Positions 37,875 through 47,717 of a DNA stretch of 56,293 nucleotides are shown here, in pieces. Made by a program: the position numbers and the translations under genes. Below the pieces are notes generated by a model. That model made no database searches. It saw only the letters and a program-made list of their open reading frames with translations, and was not told the origin of the DNA. Position 1 is the stretch's first letter. Every line of letters begins with the position of its first letter. This DNA is from Nitrososphaerota archaeon (lineage in GTDB: Archaea; Thermoproteota; Nitrososphaeria; Nitrososphaerales; Nitrosopumilaceae). Where the stretch lies: the NCBI GenBank assembly GCA_005877305.1, contig VBPW01000012.1:1-56293 (forward strand), written 5' to 3'.

Positions 37875-38342
37875 ATGACAAAAGCTTTCTTGGTAGTTAG
37901 AATGAGAGGAACAGTAAATGTGCCTCACTGGGCAAGAACTACACTTGTTCTTCTGCATTTAGACAAAAAATTTAGAGCGACAATAATTCCAGCTAAAGAT
38001 AATACCAAAGGAATGTTGGATAAAATAAAACACTATATATCTTGGCAGGAAATTGATGTTCCTACAACAAAAGAACTCTTAGAAAAAAAGGCACGAATAG
38101 ATGGATACAAAAAACTAACTGCAGAAGACATTACAAAATTAGGATTCAAAAGTACAGATGATTTGGCCAAGTCCTTGGTAGAAGGTACTGCTACGTTATC
38201 AAAATTAAAACCGGTAAAACCATGGTTTGCTTTGGCCCCTCCAAGACACGGCTTTAAGCGAAAAACAAAAAAAATGTATGGCGAAGGAGGAATCTTGGGC
38301 AGTCACAAAGAACTTCTTGAACAAGTGAGGTTTATGATGTAA
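37875..38342 (+). CDS. rpl30: Ribosomal protein uL30
   Basis: 155 aa with LVVRMRGTVNVP......TL.LL.L. Conserved position between S5 and L15. Confidence 0.88.
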   Translation: MTKAFLVVRMRGTVNVPHWARTTLVLLHLDKKFRATIIPAKDNTKGMLDKIKHYISWQEIDVPTTKELLEKKARIDGYKKLTAEDITKLGFKSTDDLAKSLVEGTATLSKLKPVKPWFALAPPRHGFKRKTKKMYGEGGILGSHKELLEQVRFMM

Positions 38343-38343
38343 A

Positions 38344-38687
38344 ATGGCAACCAGATTAAGAAAGACACGAAAGTTTAGGGGAGGAAGAAACCACGGATGG
38401 GGACAGATTGGTCAGCATAGAGCAAGCGGCCACAAGGGAGGTCTTGGAAGATCTGGCATGCACAAGCACCACTTTATCAAAATGCTTCTAGAGGACCCAA
38501 ATCATTTTGGTCATGATTCTACTCACCCGCCACATCCATACCTTGTAAAAAAATGGATTAGTGTAAGAGATCTGGATGCTTTCTTTACGAAATTTGGAAA
38601 ACAAGAAGGAGGAAAAAAAGTAATCGATGTTACAGAACTTGGGAAAAAATAAAACAAGTTGGTGGCGAGGTGCTTGCAGCCGCATGA
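38344..38687 (+). CDS. rpl15: Ribosomal protein uL15, internally disrupted in this sequence
   Basis: ORF 38344..38652 has the uL15 N-terminus (RKTRKFRGGRNHGWG..GQHR..G.KGG.G) up to ..VIDVTELG. A different frame then gives ..KQVGGEVLAAA and a TGA at 38685-38687 overlapping the secY ATG, which looks like the native uL15 C-terminus. Confidence 0.82.
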
Positions 38688-40117
38688 TTGAAGAAGGAAC
38701 TCCTACAGGTTTTCTAAGAACAATTATTTCTAAAGCAGAAGTCTATATACCACAAGTCCCAAAACCAAAAAAGAAAATTCCATTACAAGTCCGTCTCATG
38801 TGGTGTGGACTGGCACTATTCATATACATGATAATGGGCCAGACTCCGCTTTATGGTGCAACAGTTCCAGCATTTGACTTTCTTGCATTTGCAAGAGTAA
38901 TCTTTGCATCACAACAAGGAACACTCGTTGAGCTTGGAATTGGTCCTATAGTTACTGCAGGACTTTTGATGCAGCTTCTAAAAGGTTCTGAAATCTTTCA
39001 TCTTGACTTTAAGAAACCAGAAGACAGAGAACTGTATCAAACAGCAACAAAGATTGTAACGTATATTGTAATCATTGCCGAGTCGTCACTATATGGAATG
39101 GCAGTTTACGGTCCAAGACTTCCAAGCCACGAAGCAGGTTTTATTCTAGTTGGGCAGCTTGTTGCTGCATCAGTAATAATCATGCTTTTGGATGAACTAA
39201 TTCAAAAGGGATGGGGACTAGGAAGTGGAATTAGTCTTTTCATCGCTGCAGGTGTAGCACAGCAAGTAATCTGGAGCTTGTTTAGCCCAATACCTGCTGG
39301 AGACGGTGGGCCTGTAGGTGTATTTGCAAACATTGCACACTCCTTTATCAGTGGAAACTTTTCTAATTTGTTTTTCAGGTCTAACCAGCTGCCCGGTATC
39401 TTTGGTTTGTTTATCACTGCTGGTGTAATGCTAATTCTAGTTTATACCCAGGGAATCAAAATCGAGATTCCGATCGTATCTACAAAGTACCGAGGTTTTT
39501 CAGCGGTTTATCCAATCAAATTGATGTACGTTTCCAACATTCCAGTAATTTTGGCATCAGCACTTACAGCTAACGCTGTCTTTATGGGACAGATGCTTTG
39601 GGCAAACTTCAACCCGCGTAATGCCAATCAAATTTTGAACTTCTTGGGAATGTTTGATCCTACAGCTCCATCTACTCCGACCGGAGGTATACTCTATTAT
39701 GTTACGGCCCCGCGTGGACTGGATATAGTTGCACTTGACCCAATGCGTGCAGTGTTGTATATCTTATTCATGGTAGGAATTGTAGTTCTGTTTGGTAGAT
39801 TGTGGATTGAACTTGGAGGACTGTCTGCAAAGAGTGCAGCAAAGAACCTTCTTGATGCTGATGTCCAAGTTCCTGGCTTTAGGCGCTCAAAACAACCAGT
39901 TGAAGCTCTTTTACAAAAGTATATTCCATCAGTTACAATACTCGGTTCTATTATTCTTGGTCTTTTAGCTGGTTCATCAGATGTTTTGGGAACATTTGGA
40001 TCTGGAACAGGAATGTTGCTTACAGTAGACATTTTGATTAACTATTACAACTTGCTCATAAAAGAGAAAGTAGAAGAGGTAATGCCATCCCTGGGTGCCT
40101 TGCTTGGCAGAAAGTAA
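38684..40117 (+). CDS. secY: Preprotein translocase subunit SecY
   Basis: About 477 aa from MIEEGTPTGFLR...; ten hydrophobic segments. The track ORF start at 38627 is an upstream read-through over the L15 remnant. Confidence 0.93.
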   Translation: MIEEGTPTGFLRTIISKAEVYIPQVPKPKKKIPLQVRLMWCGLALFIYMIMGQTPLYGATVPAFDFLAFARVIFASQQGTLVELGIGPIVTAGLLMQLLKGSEIFHLDFKKPEDRELYQTATKIVTYIVIIAESSLYGMAVYGPRLPSHEAGFILVGQLVAASVIIMLLDELIQKGWGLGSGISLFIAAGVAQQVIWSLFSPIPAGDGGPVGVFANIAHSFISGNFSNLFFRSNQLPGIFGLFITAGVMLILVYTQGIKIEIPIVSTKYRGFSAVYPIKLMYVSNIPVILASALTANAVFMGQMLWANFNPRNANQILNFLGMFDPTAPSTPTGGILYYVTAPRGLDIVALDPMRAVLYILFMVGIVVLFGRLWIELGGLSAKSAAKNLLDADVQVPGFRRSKQPVEALLQKYIPSVTILGSIILGLLAGSSDVLGTFGSGTGMLLTVDILINYYNLLIKEKVEEVMPSLGALLGRK

Positions 40118-40694
40118 GCGAGTAATAATTGTAGGAATCCCAGGTGTTGGAAAGACTACCATAGTGTCAAAGGTCGTAGAATTATTAAAAGAAAAAAAAA
40201 TTAGCGTAAACGTTTCTATCTTTGGAACTGTAATGTTTGAAGAAGCAAGAAAGAATGGACTCAAAAACAGAGATGATCTACGCAAACTTTCAGTACCAGA
40301 ACAAAAAAAACTCCAATCCATGGCAGCAAAAAAAATTGCTTCAATACCTGATGACGTTGTAATCATAGATACCCATGCGTTTATTGCAACAAAAGAGGGC
40401 TTTTACCCAGGATTGCCTCACAACGTATTGGAAATTCTAATGCCTGATAGTTTTATCATGATTAGCGCAAGACCAGAAGAGATCTACAATCGAAGAATGA
40501 AGGACACAACACGTAACAGAGATATTGTCTCAATAGACTCAATTAAAAAAGAATTGGACGTTACAAGCGCAATGCTTTCTACATGTTCAATTTTGTGTGG
40601 TTCTCCAATTAAGATGGTTCTCAATTCCCAAGGAAAGATTGATGAGGCAGCTAAAGGAATTGTAAGTGCAATGGGATTCAACAATGGAACTTAG
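40095..40694 (+). CDS. adkA: Adenylate kinase, archaeal type
   Basis: Contains the P-loop VIIVGIPGVGKTT. Conserved position after secY. The start is uncertain (GTG at 40095 or TTG near 40104). Confidence 0.85.
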   Translation: MPCLAESKRVIIVGIPGVGKTTIVSKVVELLKEKKISVNVSIFGTVMFEEARKNGLKNRDDLRKLSVPEQKKLQSMAAKKIASIPDDVVIIDTHAFIATKEGFYPGLPHNVLEILMPDSFIMISARPEEIYNRRMKDTTRNRDIVSIDSIKKELDVTSAMLSTCSILCGSPIKMVLNSQGKIDEAAKGIVSAMGFNNGT

Positions 40695-41316
40695 CATTAT
40701 CTTTAATTTTCTAAATTCAATCTTTTTGCAAATACCCGGTCTGTCTAGTGGACCACTTGGAAGTGCGAACCCCTTGGTAAAGGGAATGATTTCATCAGCA
40801 TTTGGAATTGTTGGAATTGCAATAGGACTAAACTTGTTTAATGCAGTAATAAAACGAAAGATTGTTGATAACAACAAACTCAAAAGATTGATGAAGGAAA
40901 CAAGAGCGTGGCAAAAAGAAAGGATGGCAGCCTTTAGGGCAAAAGATCAAGAAAAAATTGATGAGCTAAATAAAAAATCTGCGTATATGAGCAAGATGAA
41001 CATGGAATTGATGCAGATGAACATGAGGCCAATGATGTATACCTTTGTTCCACTGATTTTGATATTTTACTTTGTACTTCCGCATCTATTTGCATATACC
41101 GTTGCAATAGCTCCAATAGATCTAAATTTTGTTCCAGGAAACTTTTTCCAGCTTACATGTACAGCGGCAAAAGTGGCAGAGTCTCAATTACCAAACCACC
41201 CACAGATATGCCACCATGTAAATGAAATGTACTTTTGGGCTTGGTATTTTCTTTCATCCATTGCCTTTAGCGGAATTATAATGCGACTCACCAAAACCAC
41301 AATGGATACAGACTGA
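40684..41316 (+). CDS. DUF106/EMC3-TMCO1-like membrane protein (archaeal YidC/Oxa1-like insertase candidate)
   Basis: TM helix, then a basic coiled coil (KLKRLMKETRAWQKERMAAFRAKDQEKIDELNKK), then M-rich and TM segments. Conserved secY-adk-DUF106-cmk neighbourhood. An alternative ATG lies at 40666. Confidence 0.72.
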   Translation: MELSIIFNFLNSIFLQIPGLSSGPLGSANPLVKGMISSAFGIVGIAIGLNLFNAVIKRKIVDNNKLKRLMKETRAWQKERMAAFRAKDQEKIDELNKKSAYMSKMNMELMQMNMRPMMYTFVPLILIFYFVLPHLFAYTVAIAPIDLNFVPGNFFQLTCTAAKVAESQLPNHPQICHHVNEMYFWAWYFLSSIAFSGIIMRLTKTTMDTD

Positions 41317-41317
41317 G

Positions 41318-41902
41318 TTGCTAAAATCAGTAATAATTTCCGGTCCACCTGCCATTGGTAAAACTACAGTAGCAAAAGGGCTAGCAAAAGAATTTGATCT
41401 AAAATATCTCAGCGGAGGCGATGTTCTAAAAGAACTAGCTGAAGAACAAGGCTTTAGGACAGGGCGCGATGACTTTTGGGACACTAGTTTTGGCATGGAA
41501 TTTTTAAGCATGAGAAAGACAAACCACGAGTTTGATAAAAAAGTAGATGAGAAGCTAAAGAAATTGTTCTTGGAAGGAGGCAAAATCATAACAAGCTATA
41601 CGCTTCCTTGGCTTGTACAAGACGGAATCAAGATATGGCTTGCTGGTTCGCAAGAAAACAGCGCAAAAAGAATGACAATACGAGATGGAATATCTTTTGA
41701 AAAAGCGCTTGAGATTGTAGAAAAACGATACCAAGAAAACAAAATGATCTACAAAAAACTTTATGGTTTTAATTTTGGTGACGACCTATCAGTGTTTGAT
41801 ATAATAATAAATACAGATAACCTTGGGGCATACGAAGTACTTTCAGTTGCAAGATCGGTAGTAAAAGAAAGATATGGTGCTAAAACAACTACAAAATCTT
41901 AG
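41318..41902 (+). CDS. cmk: Cytidylate kinase, archaeal type
   Basis: Contains the P-loop VIISGPPAIGKTTVAK. 194 aa with a TTG start. Confidence 0.8.
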   Translation: MLKSVIISGPPAIGKTTVAKGLAKEFDLKYLSGGDVLKELAEEQGFRTGRDDFWDTSFGMEFLSMRKTNHEFDKKVDEKLKKLFLEGGKIITSYTLPWLVQDGIKIWLAGSQENSAKRMTIRDGISFEKALEIVEKRYQENKMIYKKLYGFNFGDDLSVFDIIINTDNLGAYEVLSVARSVVKERYGAKTTTKS

Positions 41903-42872
41903 AGTAATAGACCAAGACATAACAAATGAGTCATATGGTACCTATTGTGAGAAAAGAACCGTAGAACAACTTCTTAACTATGGCTTTATTTTGTTAGACA
42001 AACCAAATGGTCCGACAAGTCACGAAACTGTAGCGTGGATCAAAAAAATTCTAAACATTCACAAGGCAGGACACAGCGGAACACTTGATCCAATGGTCTC
42101 TGGAATCTTGCCAATTGGCCTTGGTGAGGCCACAAAGGCATTGATCGTATTACTTTTAGGTCCAAAAGAATATCATGCACTTGGCAGACTACACACACTT
42201 CACTCAAATGAAAAACTACAAGCTGTTCTAAAACAGTTTACTGGAAAAATTTACCAAAAGCCACCGCAGCGCTCTTCTGTGTCAAGACAGACCAGAGTTA
42301 GAAGTGTATATGAAATTGATGTGATTGAACAAAAGGAAAGACTAATTCTTATGAGAATTTTATGTGAAGCTGGAACGTATATTAGAAAAATTTTCTATGA
42401 CATTGGCGAGGTTCTGGGTTCTGGTGCCACAATGATTGAGCTAAGAAGAACTCGTGTGAGTCAATTCAATGAGGACTCTAACCTTGTAAAAATGCACGAC
42501 CTTGTAGACGCATATGCAATGTGGAAAGAAAAAGGCGATGATTCAAAACTACGTCGAAAACTGATGCCAATAGAATATACACTAAGTGAGTTAAAATCAG
42601 TAGTAATTCGAGACTCTGCAGTAGACGCACTGTGTCACGGAGCTCAGCTTGCGATACCCGGTATATTGGAAATTTCACATGGTATAGCAAAGGGAGATCT
42701 TGTTGGAATCTACACACAAAAAGGAGAGGTTGTAGCTCTTGCAGAAGCAATCTTGTCAGAATCTGAAATTGTAGAAAATACAAAAGGATTTGCATTTCAA
42801 TTAAAGCGAATCATCATGGCACCAAACACATATCCAAAGAACTGGCGTACAAAAACAGTCGTTAACAATTAA
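41874..42872 (+). CDS. cbf5: tRNA/rRNA pseudouridine synthase Cbf5 (TruB family) with PUA domain
   Basis: Contains the catalytic block GHSGTLDPMVSGILPI and a C-terminal PUA-like region (VVIRDSAVDALCHGAQL). Confidence 0.9.
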   Translation: MVLKQLQNLRVIDQDITNESYGTYCEKRTVEQLLNYGFILLDKPNGPTSHETVAWIKKILNIHKAGHSGTLDPMVSGILPIGLGEATKALIVLLLGPKEYHALGRLHTLHSNEKLQAVLKQFTGKIYQKPPQRSSVSRQTRVRSVYEIDVIEQKERLILMRILCEAGTYIRKIFYDIGEVLGSGATMIELRRTRVSQFNEDSNLVKMHDLVDAYAMWKEKGDDSKLRRKLMPIEYTLSELKSVVIRDSAVDALCHGAQLAIPGILEISHGIAKGDLVGIYTQKGEVVALAEAILSESEIVENTKGFAFQLKRIIMAPNTYPKNWRTKTVVNN

Positions 42873-42898
42873 AAAGGAAACAAATTTACTTTTCAGAG

Positions 42899-43348
42899 TT
42901 GATACCAAAAGGCGCTATCATTTGTATTGTAGTTGGAGTAGTTGGAAGTGGTGTGGTAGGAATTTTCTTTGCAGAAATTGCTAACGAAGCTCCAACCCTT
43001 GTTTATGTGCAAGGCCCTTCACTTTCTGTAATAACCGAAAAAACAAACTTTCGACTTGGTGAGCCAATCAATATCAAAATAGTAAACTCTGGCACAGTTC
43101 CTCTGACATTTTCAGATGCATCATATGGCTTGAAGATAAAACAGCTTGACGGAATTGTGTTTTATTCTCCTGTATCTGCTCAGGTAATATCAGTTCTTGA
43201 ACCTAAAGAGGAAAAAACATTTGTGTGGAACCAGACAAAATCTGATGGCAGTAAAATAATAGAAGGAAGGTACAAGATTGTTTCAAACACAGATTCGACA
43301 TCAGGTAACGTGCTAGAAAAATCAATTACAATAAACATTCTAAAATAA
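42899..43348 (+). CDS. Membrane-anchored hypothetical protein with beta-sandwich ectodomain (possibly BsuPI-like protease-inhibitor fold)
   Basis: N-terminal TM helix. The pattern INIKIVNSGTVPLTFSD...YGLKIKQLDG..FY......LEPKEEKTFVWNQT...G.YKIV resembles that fold. The assignment is tentative. Confidence 0.5.
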   Translation: MIPKGAIICIVVGVVGSGVVGIFFAEIANEAPTLVYVQGPSLSVITEKTNFRLGEPINIKIVNSGTVPLTFSDASYGLKIKQLDGIVFYSPVSAQVISVLEPKEEKTFVWNQTKSDGSKIIEGRYKIVSNTDSTSGNVLEKSITINILK

Positions 43349-43360
43349 TCAAGTTGAGAT

Positions 43361-43645
43361 TTAACTCATCTTATACAAGTATATTCTAGTGTCTTCATTT
43401 ACTACAGTAGGATCAGTTTTTGCACCAAGATCAATAAAATACAACTCTATTTTTCTTGCAATGTCAATAGAAGATGCCGTACGATAAATCCAGCCATCAC
43501 TTTTTTCACTTACACGGTGATCTCCAAAAAGTCTCTGTCTGACATCTCTTGCAATACCAACACACCATTCAGAATATTTTCCACCCCATCCTAAAACGTA
43601 TTCTTTGATTTCTGTTTTAATGACCTCTTCTTCAACTTCAGACAT
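43361..43645 (-). CDS. Hypothetical protein (94 aa)
   Basis: Clean ATG ORF with a loosely GIY-YIG-like pattern. Not assignable by eye. Confidence 0.5.
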   Translation of the reverse strand: MSEVEEEVIKTEIKEYVLGWGGKYSEWCVGIARDVRQRLFGDHRVSEKSDGWIYRTASSIDIARKIELYFIDLGAKTDPTVVNEDTRIYLYKMS

Positions 43646-43850
43646 GGCAAAGAGTACTTTTTCTTGTATAAATCAATTTAATGACCAAAACAAGAGATAG
43701 TTGTCCTTTATGTTAAAAATCATAATTATTAATTAGATAAAATCAGCTATAACCATTTTCTTTTATGACGTAGCTACACAATTTGTAAATAATTAAAATA
43801 ACAAAGGTATAAAGGCATAACATGGCCGAATTGAATTCATAAGCCAAAAT

Positions 43851-46037
43851 GAAATCTCACTTAAGATATTAGAAGCGTATTCTCGTGATGTTGGAAGGAG
43901 TGTTGCACGTGTTGATTCTGATTCTATGACTGCATTGGGGGTATCAGCCGGTGACATTTTAGAAATCAAAGGAAAAAGAAAATCAGTTGCAAAGGTTCTC
44001 CCACTTTATCCCTCAGACGAAAGAAATGGAATTATCAGAGTAGACGGTCTTGTACGAAGCAACACAGGAGTAACAATAGGTGACACCGTCACATTGCGAA
44101 AGATAAAGACAGTTGCAGCTGAAACGATCATAGTTGCACCGCTTGATTCAGTGCCACCCATAGATGAAAAATATCTTACTGATTCGCTAGAAAGCATCCC
44201 TTTGATAAAAGGCGACAATGTAATGGTTCCGTACTTTGGTGGTAGGCTTACTTTCCAAGTCATTGGTGTAACACCTCCAGTTGAAGCAGTACTTGTCACT
44301 AAAAAAACAGTATTTCACATTGCTGAAAAAGGAGAAATTTTACGCGGAGTTCCCCAGGTGTCATATGAAGACATTGGAGGTCTGACTAACGAAATTAAAA
44401 AAGTTCGTGAAATGATCGAGCTCCCAATGAAGCATCCAGAGATCTTTGAAAAGCTAGGGGTAGAGTCACCAAAAGGCGTATTGCTTTTTGGAGTACCAGG
44501 AACCGGAAAGACACTTTTAGCTAAAGCAGTGGCAAATGAAAGCAATGCTCACTTTATCAGTATATCTGGTCCTGAAATTATGAGCAAGTTTTATGGAGAA
44601 AGCGAAGCAAGACTAAGAGAAATTTTTAAAGAGGCAAAAGAAAAATCGCCTTCTATAATTTTCATTGATGAAATTGATTCCATTGCTCCAAAAAGAGAAG
44701 AGGTAATAGGTGAGGTTGAAAGAAGAGTAGTTTCCCAAATGCTTTCACTCATGGATGGTTTGGAGGGAAGAGGAAAAGTAATTGTAATTGCAGCAACAAA
44801 CAGACCAAACGCACTAGATCCAGCCCTTAGACGACCGGGAAGATTTGATAGAGAAATTGAAATCAGAATACCAGACAAGAAGGGAAGACTCGACATCCTT
44901 TTGATACATACAAGAAACATGCCACTAACCGAAGATGTAAACTTGGAAAAACTTGCAGCAATAAGTCATGGATATGTAGGAGCTGATTTGGAATATCTTT
45001 GCAAAGAGGCAGCAATGAAATGTTTGAGAAGATTATTGCCAGAAATTAATTTAGCAGATGAAAAGATTCCTACCGAAACTTTGGAAAAACTCGTTGTAAA
45101 TGCAGAAGACTATCAGTTTGCATTACGCGAAGTCACACCAGCTGGAATGCGTGAAGTATACCTTGAAACACCTGACATAAAATGGGATGAGGTAGGAGGA
45201 TTAGAAAATGTAAAACATGAACTACAGGAAGCAGTAGAATGGCCAATGAAATATCCTGAACTTTACTCCAAATTAGGATACAGGATGCCGCGTGGAATTT
45301 TACTTTATGGACCAAGTGGAACTGGAAAGACACTTTTAGCTAAAGCGGTAGCAACAGAAAGCGAAGCCAATTTTATTTCAGTTAAGGGCCCCGAATTACT
45401 ATCAAAATGGGTTGGAGAATCAGAACGCGGAATAAGAGAGATATTTCGAAGGGCAAGGCAAGCTTCACCATGTGTCATTTTCTTTGATGAGATTGATTCT
45501 ATTGTCCCGGTAAGAGGGATGGGAGAAAGTGCTGTTACTGAAAAAGTTGTTAGCCAGCTCTTGACAGAACTTGATGGCATTGAAAGTCTAAATGGAGTTG
45601 TGGTTATTGCAGCAACAAACAGAGCAGACATGATTGACAAGGCGATGATAAGACCTGGAAGGTTTGACAAGATGGTACTTGTACCAATGCCAGAAGAGGA
45701 GGGAAGACTCAAAATACTGGAGATAAACTCTAGGGAAATTCCTATTGATAAAGAAAAAAGAATTGGAGATGCCCCTAACCCAAATTATGTCGATCTAGAA
45801 AAGATTGCAGAATCTGCTGATGGTTTGAGTGGAGCAGATGTTGCCTCTATTGCAAATACAGCAGCATCTCAAGTCATACATGAGTTCCTTGACAAGTACC
45901 CTGACCCAAAAGAAGCAGAAAAACAGGCAGAGACTGCCAAAGTTACCATGAAGCACTTTGAAGACGCTCTCCGAAAAGTTAGGACTCAAAAAGATCTAAA
46001 GACTGGCGAAAAGATAACAGTCTCACACTTTATGTAA
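43851..46037 (+). CDS. cdc48: CDC48/VCP-type AAA+ ATPase (two AAA domains); start region frame-disrupted
   Basis: Walker A motifs [13 protein letters not shown] and [13 protein letters not shown], Walker B motifs IIFIDEIDS and VIFFDEIDS. The conserved N-domain sequence [26 protein letters not shown] lies in frame upstream of the track start (43926) but has no in-frame start codon. Confidence 0.9.
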   Translation, partial: EISLKILEAYSRDVGRSVARVDSDSMTALGVSAGDILEIKGKRKSVAKVLPLYPSDERNGIIRVDGLVRSNTGVTIGDTVTLRKIKTVAAETIIVAPLDSVPPIDEKYLTDSLESIPLIKGDNVMVPYFGGRLTFQVIGVTPPVEAVLVTKKTVFHIAEKGEILRGVPQVSYEDIGGLTNEIKKVREMIELPMKHPEIFEKLGVESPKGVLLFGVPGTGKTLLAKAVANESNAHFISISGPEIMSKFYGESEARLREIFKEAKEKSPSIIFIDEIDSIAPKREEVIGEVERRVVSQMLSLMDGLEGRGKVIVIAATNRPNALDPALRRPGRFDREIEIRIPDKKGRLDILLIHTRNMPLTEDVNLEKLAAISHGYVGADLEYLCKEAAMKCLRRLLPEINLADEKIPTETLEKLVVNAEDYQFALREVTPAGMREVYLETPDIKWDEVGGLENVKHELQEAVEWPMKYPELYSKLGYRMPRGILLYGPSGTGKTLLAKAVATESEANFISVKGPELLSKWVGESERGIREIFRRARQASPCVIFFDEIDSIVPVRGMGESAVTEKVVSQLLTELDGIESLNGVVVIAATNRADMIDKAMIRPGRFDKMVLVPMPEEEGRLKILEINSREIPIDKEKRIGDAPNPNYVDLEKIAESADGLSGADVASIANTAASQVIHEFLDKYPDPKEAEKQAETAKVTMKHFEDALRKVRTQKDLKTGEKITVSHFM

Positions 46038-46079
46038 TTTCAGAAAAAAACAATCGACCATAAACTTTCTGTTTTTTGA

Positions 46080-46286
46080 TTATGTTTTCCTTCTGATCTT
46101 TCTTACGTACGTCACGGATATTGCAGCTATAAAAGCAGCCACACCATAAACCACGTACTGAATTTGGGAAAATCCGATTCCGGATTGAACTGCCAAATCT
46201 TTTGGAACTATTCTATAGATTGTACCGTCTGACAAAGTTACAAAGGAGGAAATCAAAAGACCAAGAAATAAAAGAAAAATTTTCAA
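46080..46286 (-). CDS. Small membrane protein (68 aa), hypothetical
   Basis: N-terminal signal/TM segment and C-terminal TM helix followed by RKIRRKT. Confidence 0.4.
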   Translation of the reverse strand: MKIFLLFLGLLISSFVTLSDGTIYRIVPKDLAVQSGIGFSQIQYVVYGVAAFIAAISVTYVRKIRRKT

Positions 46287-46570
46287 TGTAATAAATTAAA
46301 AATGCCTATTATTAAATTTCTGACCAAAATTGTTCATAAATCTGTTTCATTGATTCAAAACCAAATTTTACAGAAATTATTGTATGTGTTTTATACCGTT
46401 GGTTCTTTTTTATCTTCGTCTTGATGCGATGGTTTTGTAGAATCTTTCTTAAACCATGATATCAGACATGCTAGTTTTTTGTTCATCGCATCAAAGCCTA
46501 ATGTATCTTAATAAGTGTTCGAAACCTCTATGAATTATTAAGATAGTATAATTGAAAATCAATTTCTTAC

Positions 46571-46582
46571 AGTAATATATAG
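46571..46582 (+). promoter_or_regulatory. Putative TATA box for tRNA-Ser
   Basis: agtaatatatag lies about 35 nt upstream of the mature tRNA 5' end. Confidence 0.35.
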
Positions 46583-46615
46583 TCAAAATTAAGAATAATT
46601 TGGAGAAAAAACGAT

Positions 46616-46713
46616 GCCGGGGTCGCCTAGCCTGGTAGGGCGCGCGCCTGGAAATAATTTACCATAAAGCGCGTACTCGCAAGGGTTCGAGAGTTCAAAT
46701 CTCTCTCCCGGCG
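46616..46713 (+). tRNA. tRNA-Ser (anticodon GGA) with a canonical-position intron of about 14 nt
   Basis: Acceptor GCCGGGG/TCCCGGC, discriminator G, D-arm GCC-TAGCCTGGTAG-GGC, anticodon stem CGCGC/GCGCG with loop CUGGAA..A, long variable arm, T-arm GAGAG-TTCAAAT-CTCTC. Confidence 0.85.
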
Positions 46714-46805
46714 CCTTTTCTTATTCTGAATATTTTGAAAAAAGAGCAAAATCGTGAAATACGCTAGTTCTTATTAGATGACAAACCTACCAATGTTGAT
46801 ATTTT

Positions 46806-47717
46806 ATGGTTTTACAAACTATTAACATTGGTAGTCGTTGTGCACGCTGTGGAAAAGAATCGATGATTACTGATAATGTTACTGGTGAAAGGTTTTGCGG
46901 AGGATGCGGTTATGTAATTATTGAACGCATTGAGGAATCAGGCCCAGAACGCACGTTTTCAAAAGATGATATCGATAACAAAAGCAGAACAGGTTCACCT
47001 ACCTCACTTGCAATGCATGACATGGGACTTGCGACAATAATTGGTCCTGCAAACAAGGATTCTACTGGAAAACCTCTAACGGCAGCTATGAAAAGTACGA
47101 TAGAGAGACTGAGAACTTGGGATAGCAGAAGCCAAGTCCACGAACCAGTTGATAGAAACTTTAGACAAGCGTTTAGTGAGCTTGATAGACTAAAAGGCAA
47201 GCTTGCACTTTCAAATGTAGTAATAGAAAAGACAGCCTACATCTACAGAAAGGCACTTGAGAAGGGTCTTGTCAGGGGAAGATCCATTCCAGGAGTTCTT
47301 GGAGCTGCACTATATGCAGCATGCAGAGATGGTGGAACGCCAAGAACATTAAATGATGTCTCAAGTGAAATAAATGTCAAAAGAAAAGATGTCTCGCGAT
47401 GCTACAGGTTACTTTTGAAAGAACTAGATCTAAAGATGCCAGTGGTAGATCCAATAAAATACATGGCTAGAATAGCAAGCAAAGCTGAACTAACTGAAAA
47501 GGTAAAACGACGAGCTCTTACAATCTTACAGGATGCAAATAAGATGGAAATTACATCCGGAAAAGATCCTATGGGACTTGCAGCAGCTGCATTATATCTT
47601 TCATGTGTGTTGTGTGGAGAAAACACGACACAAAAAGTTATTGCAATGGCAGCTGGGGTTACCGAAGTTACAATACGAAACAGGTACAAGGGACTAAAAG
47701 AATCACTAAAAATCTAG
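46806..47717 (+). CDS. tfb: Transcription initiation factor TFB (TFIIB homolog)
   Basis: N-terminal Zn ribbon CARCG...CGGCG, a B-reader/linker region and two cyclin-fold repeats. 303 aa. Confidence 0.92.
   Translation: MVLQTINIGSRCARCGKESMITDNVTGERFCGGCGYVIIERIEESGPERTFSKDDIDNKSRTGSPTSLAMHDMGLATIIGPANKDSTGKPLTAAMKSTIERLRTWDSRSQVHEPVDRNFRQAFSELDRLKGKLALSNVVIEKTAYIYRKALEKGLVRGRSIPGVLGAALYAACRDGGTPRTLNDVSSEINVKRKDVSRCYRLLLKELDLKMPVVDPIKYMARIASKAELTEKVKRRALTILQDANKMEITSGKDPMGLAAAALYLSCVLCGENTTQKVIAMAAGVTEVTIRNRYKGLKESLKI

Noticed and set aside
5889-38690. The idea that the frame breaks in rpoB, rpoA, rps7, rpl18/rps5 and rpl15 reflect programmed frameshifting, protein-coding BHB introns or natural gene splitting.
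   Set aside because: Sequence is missing rather than inserted: conserved protein blocks are absent. This rules out introns and simple recoding. The rpoA break is not at the canonical A'/A'' split point. A technical gap or deletion is more parsimonious.
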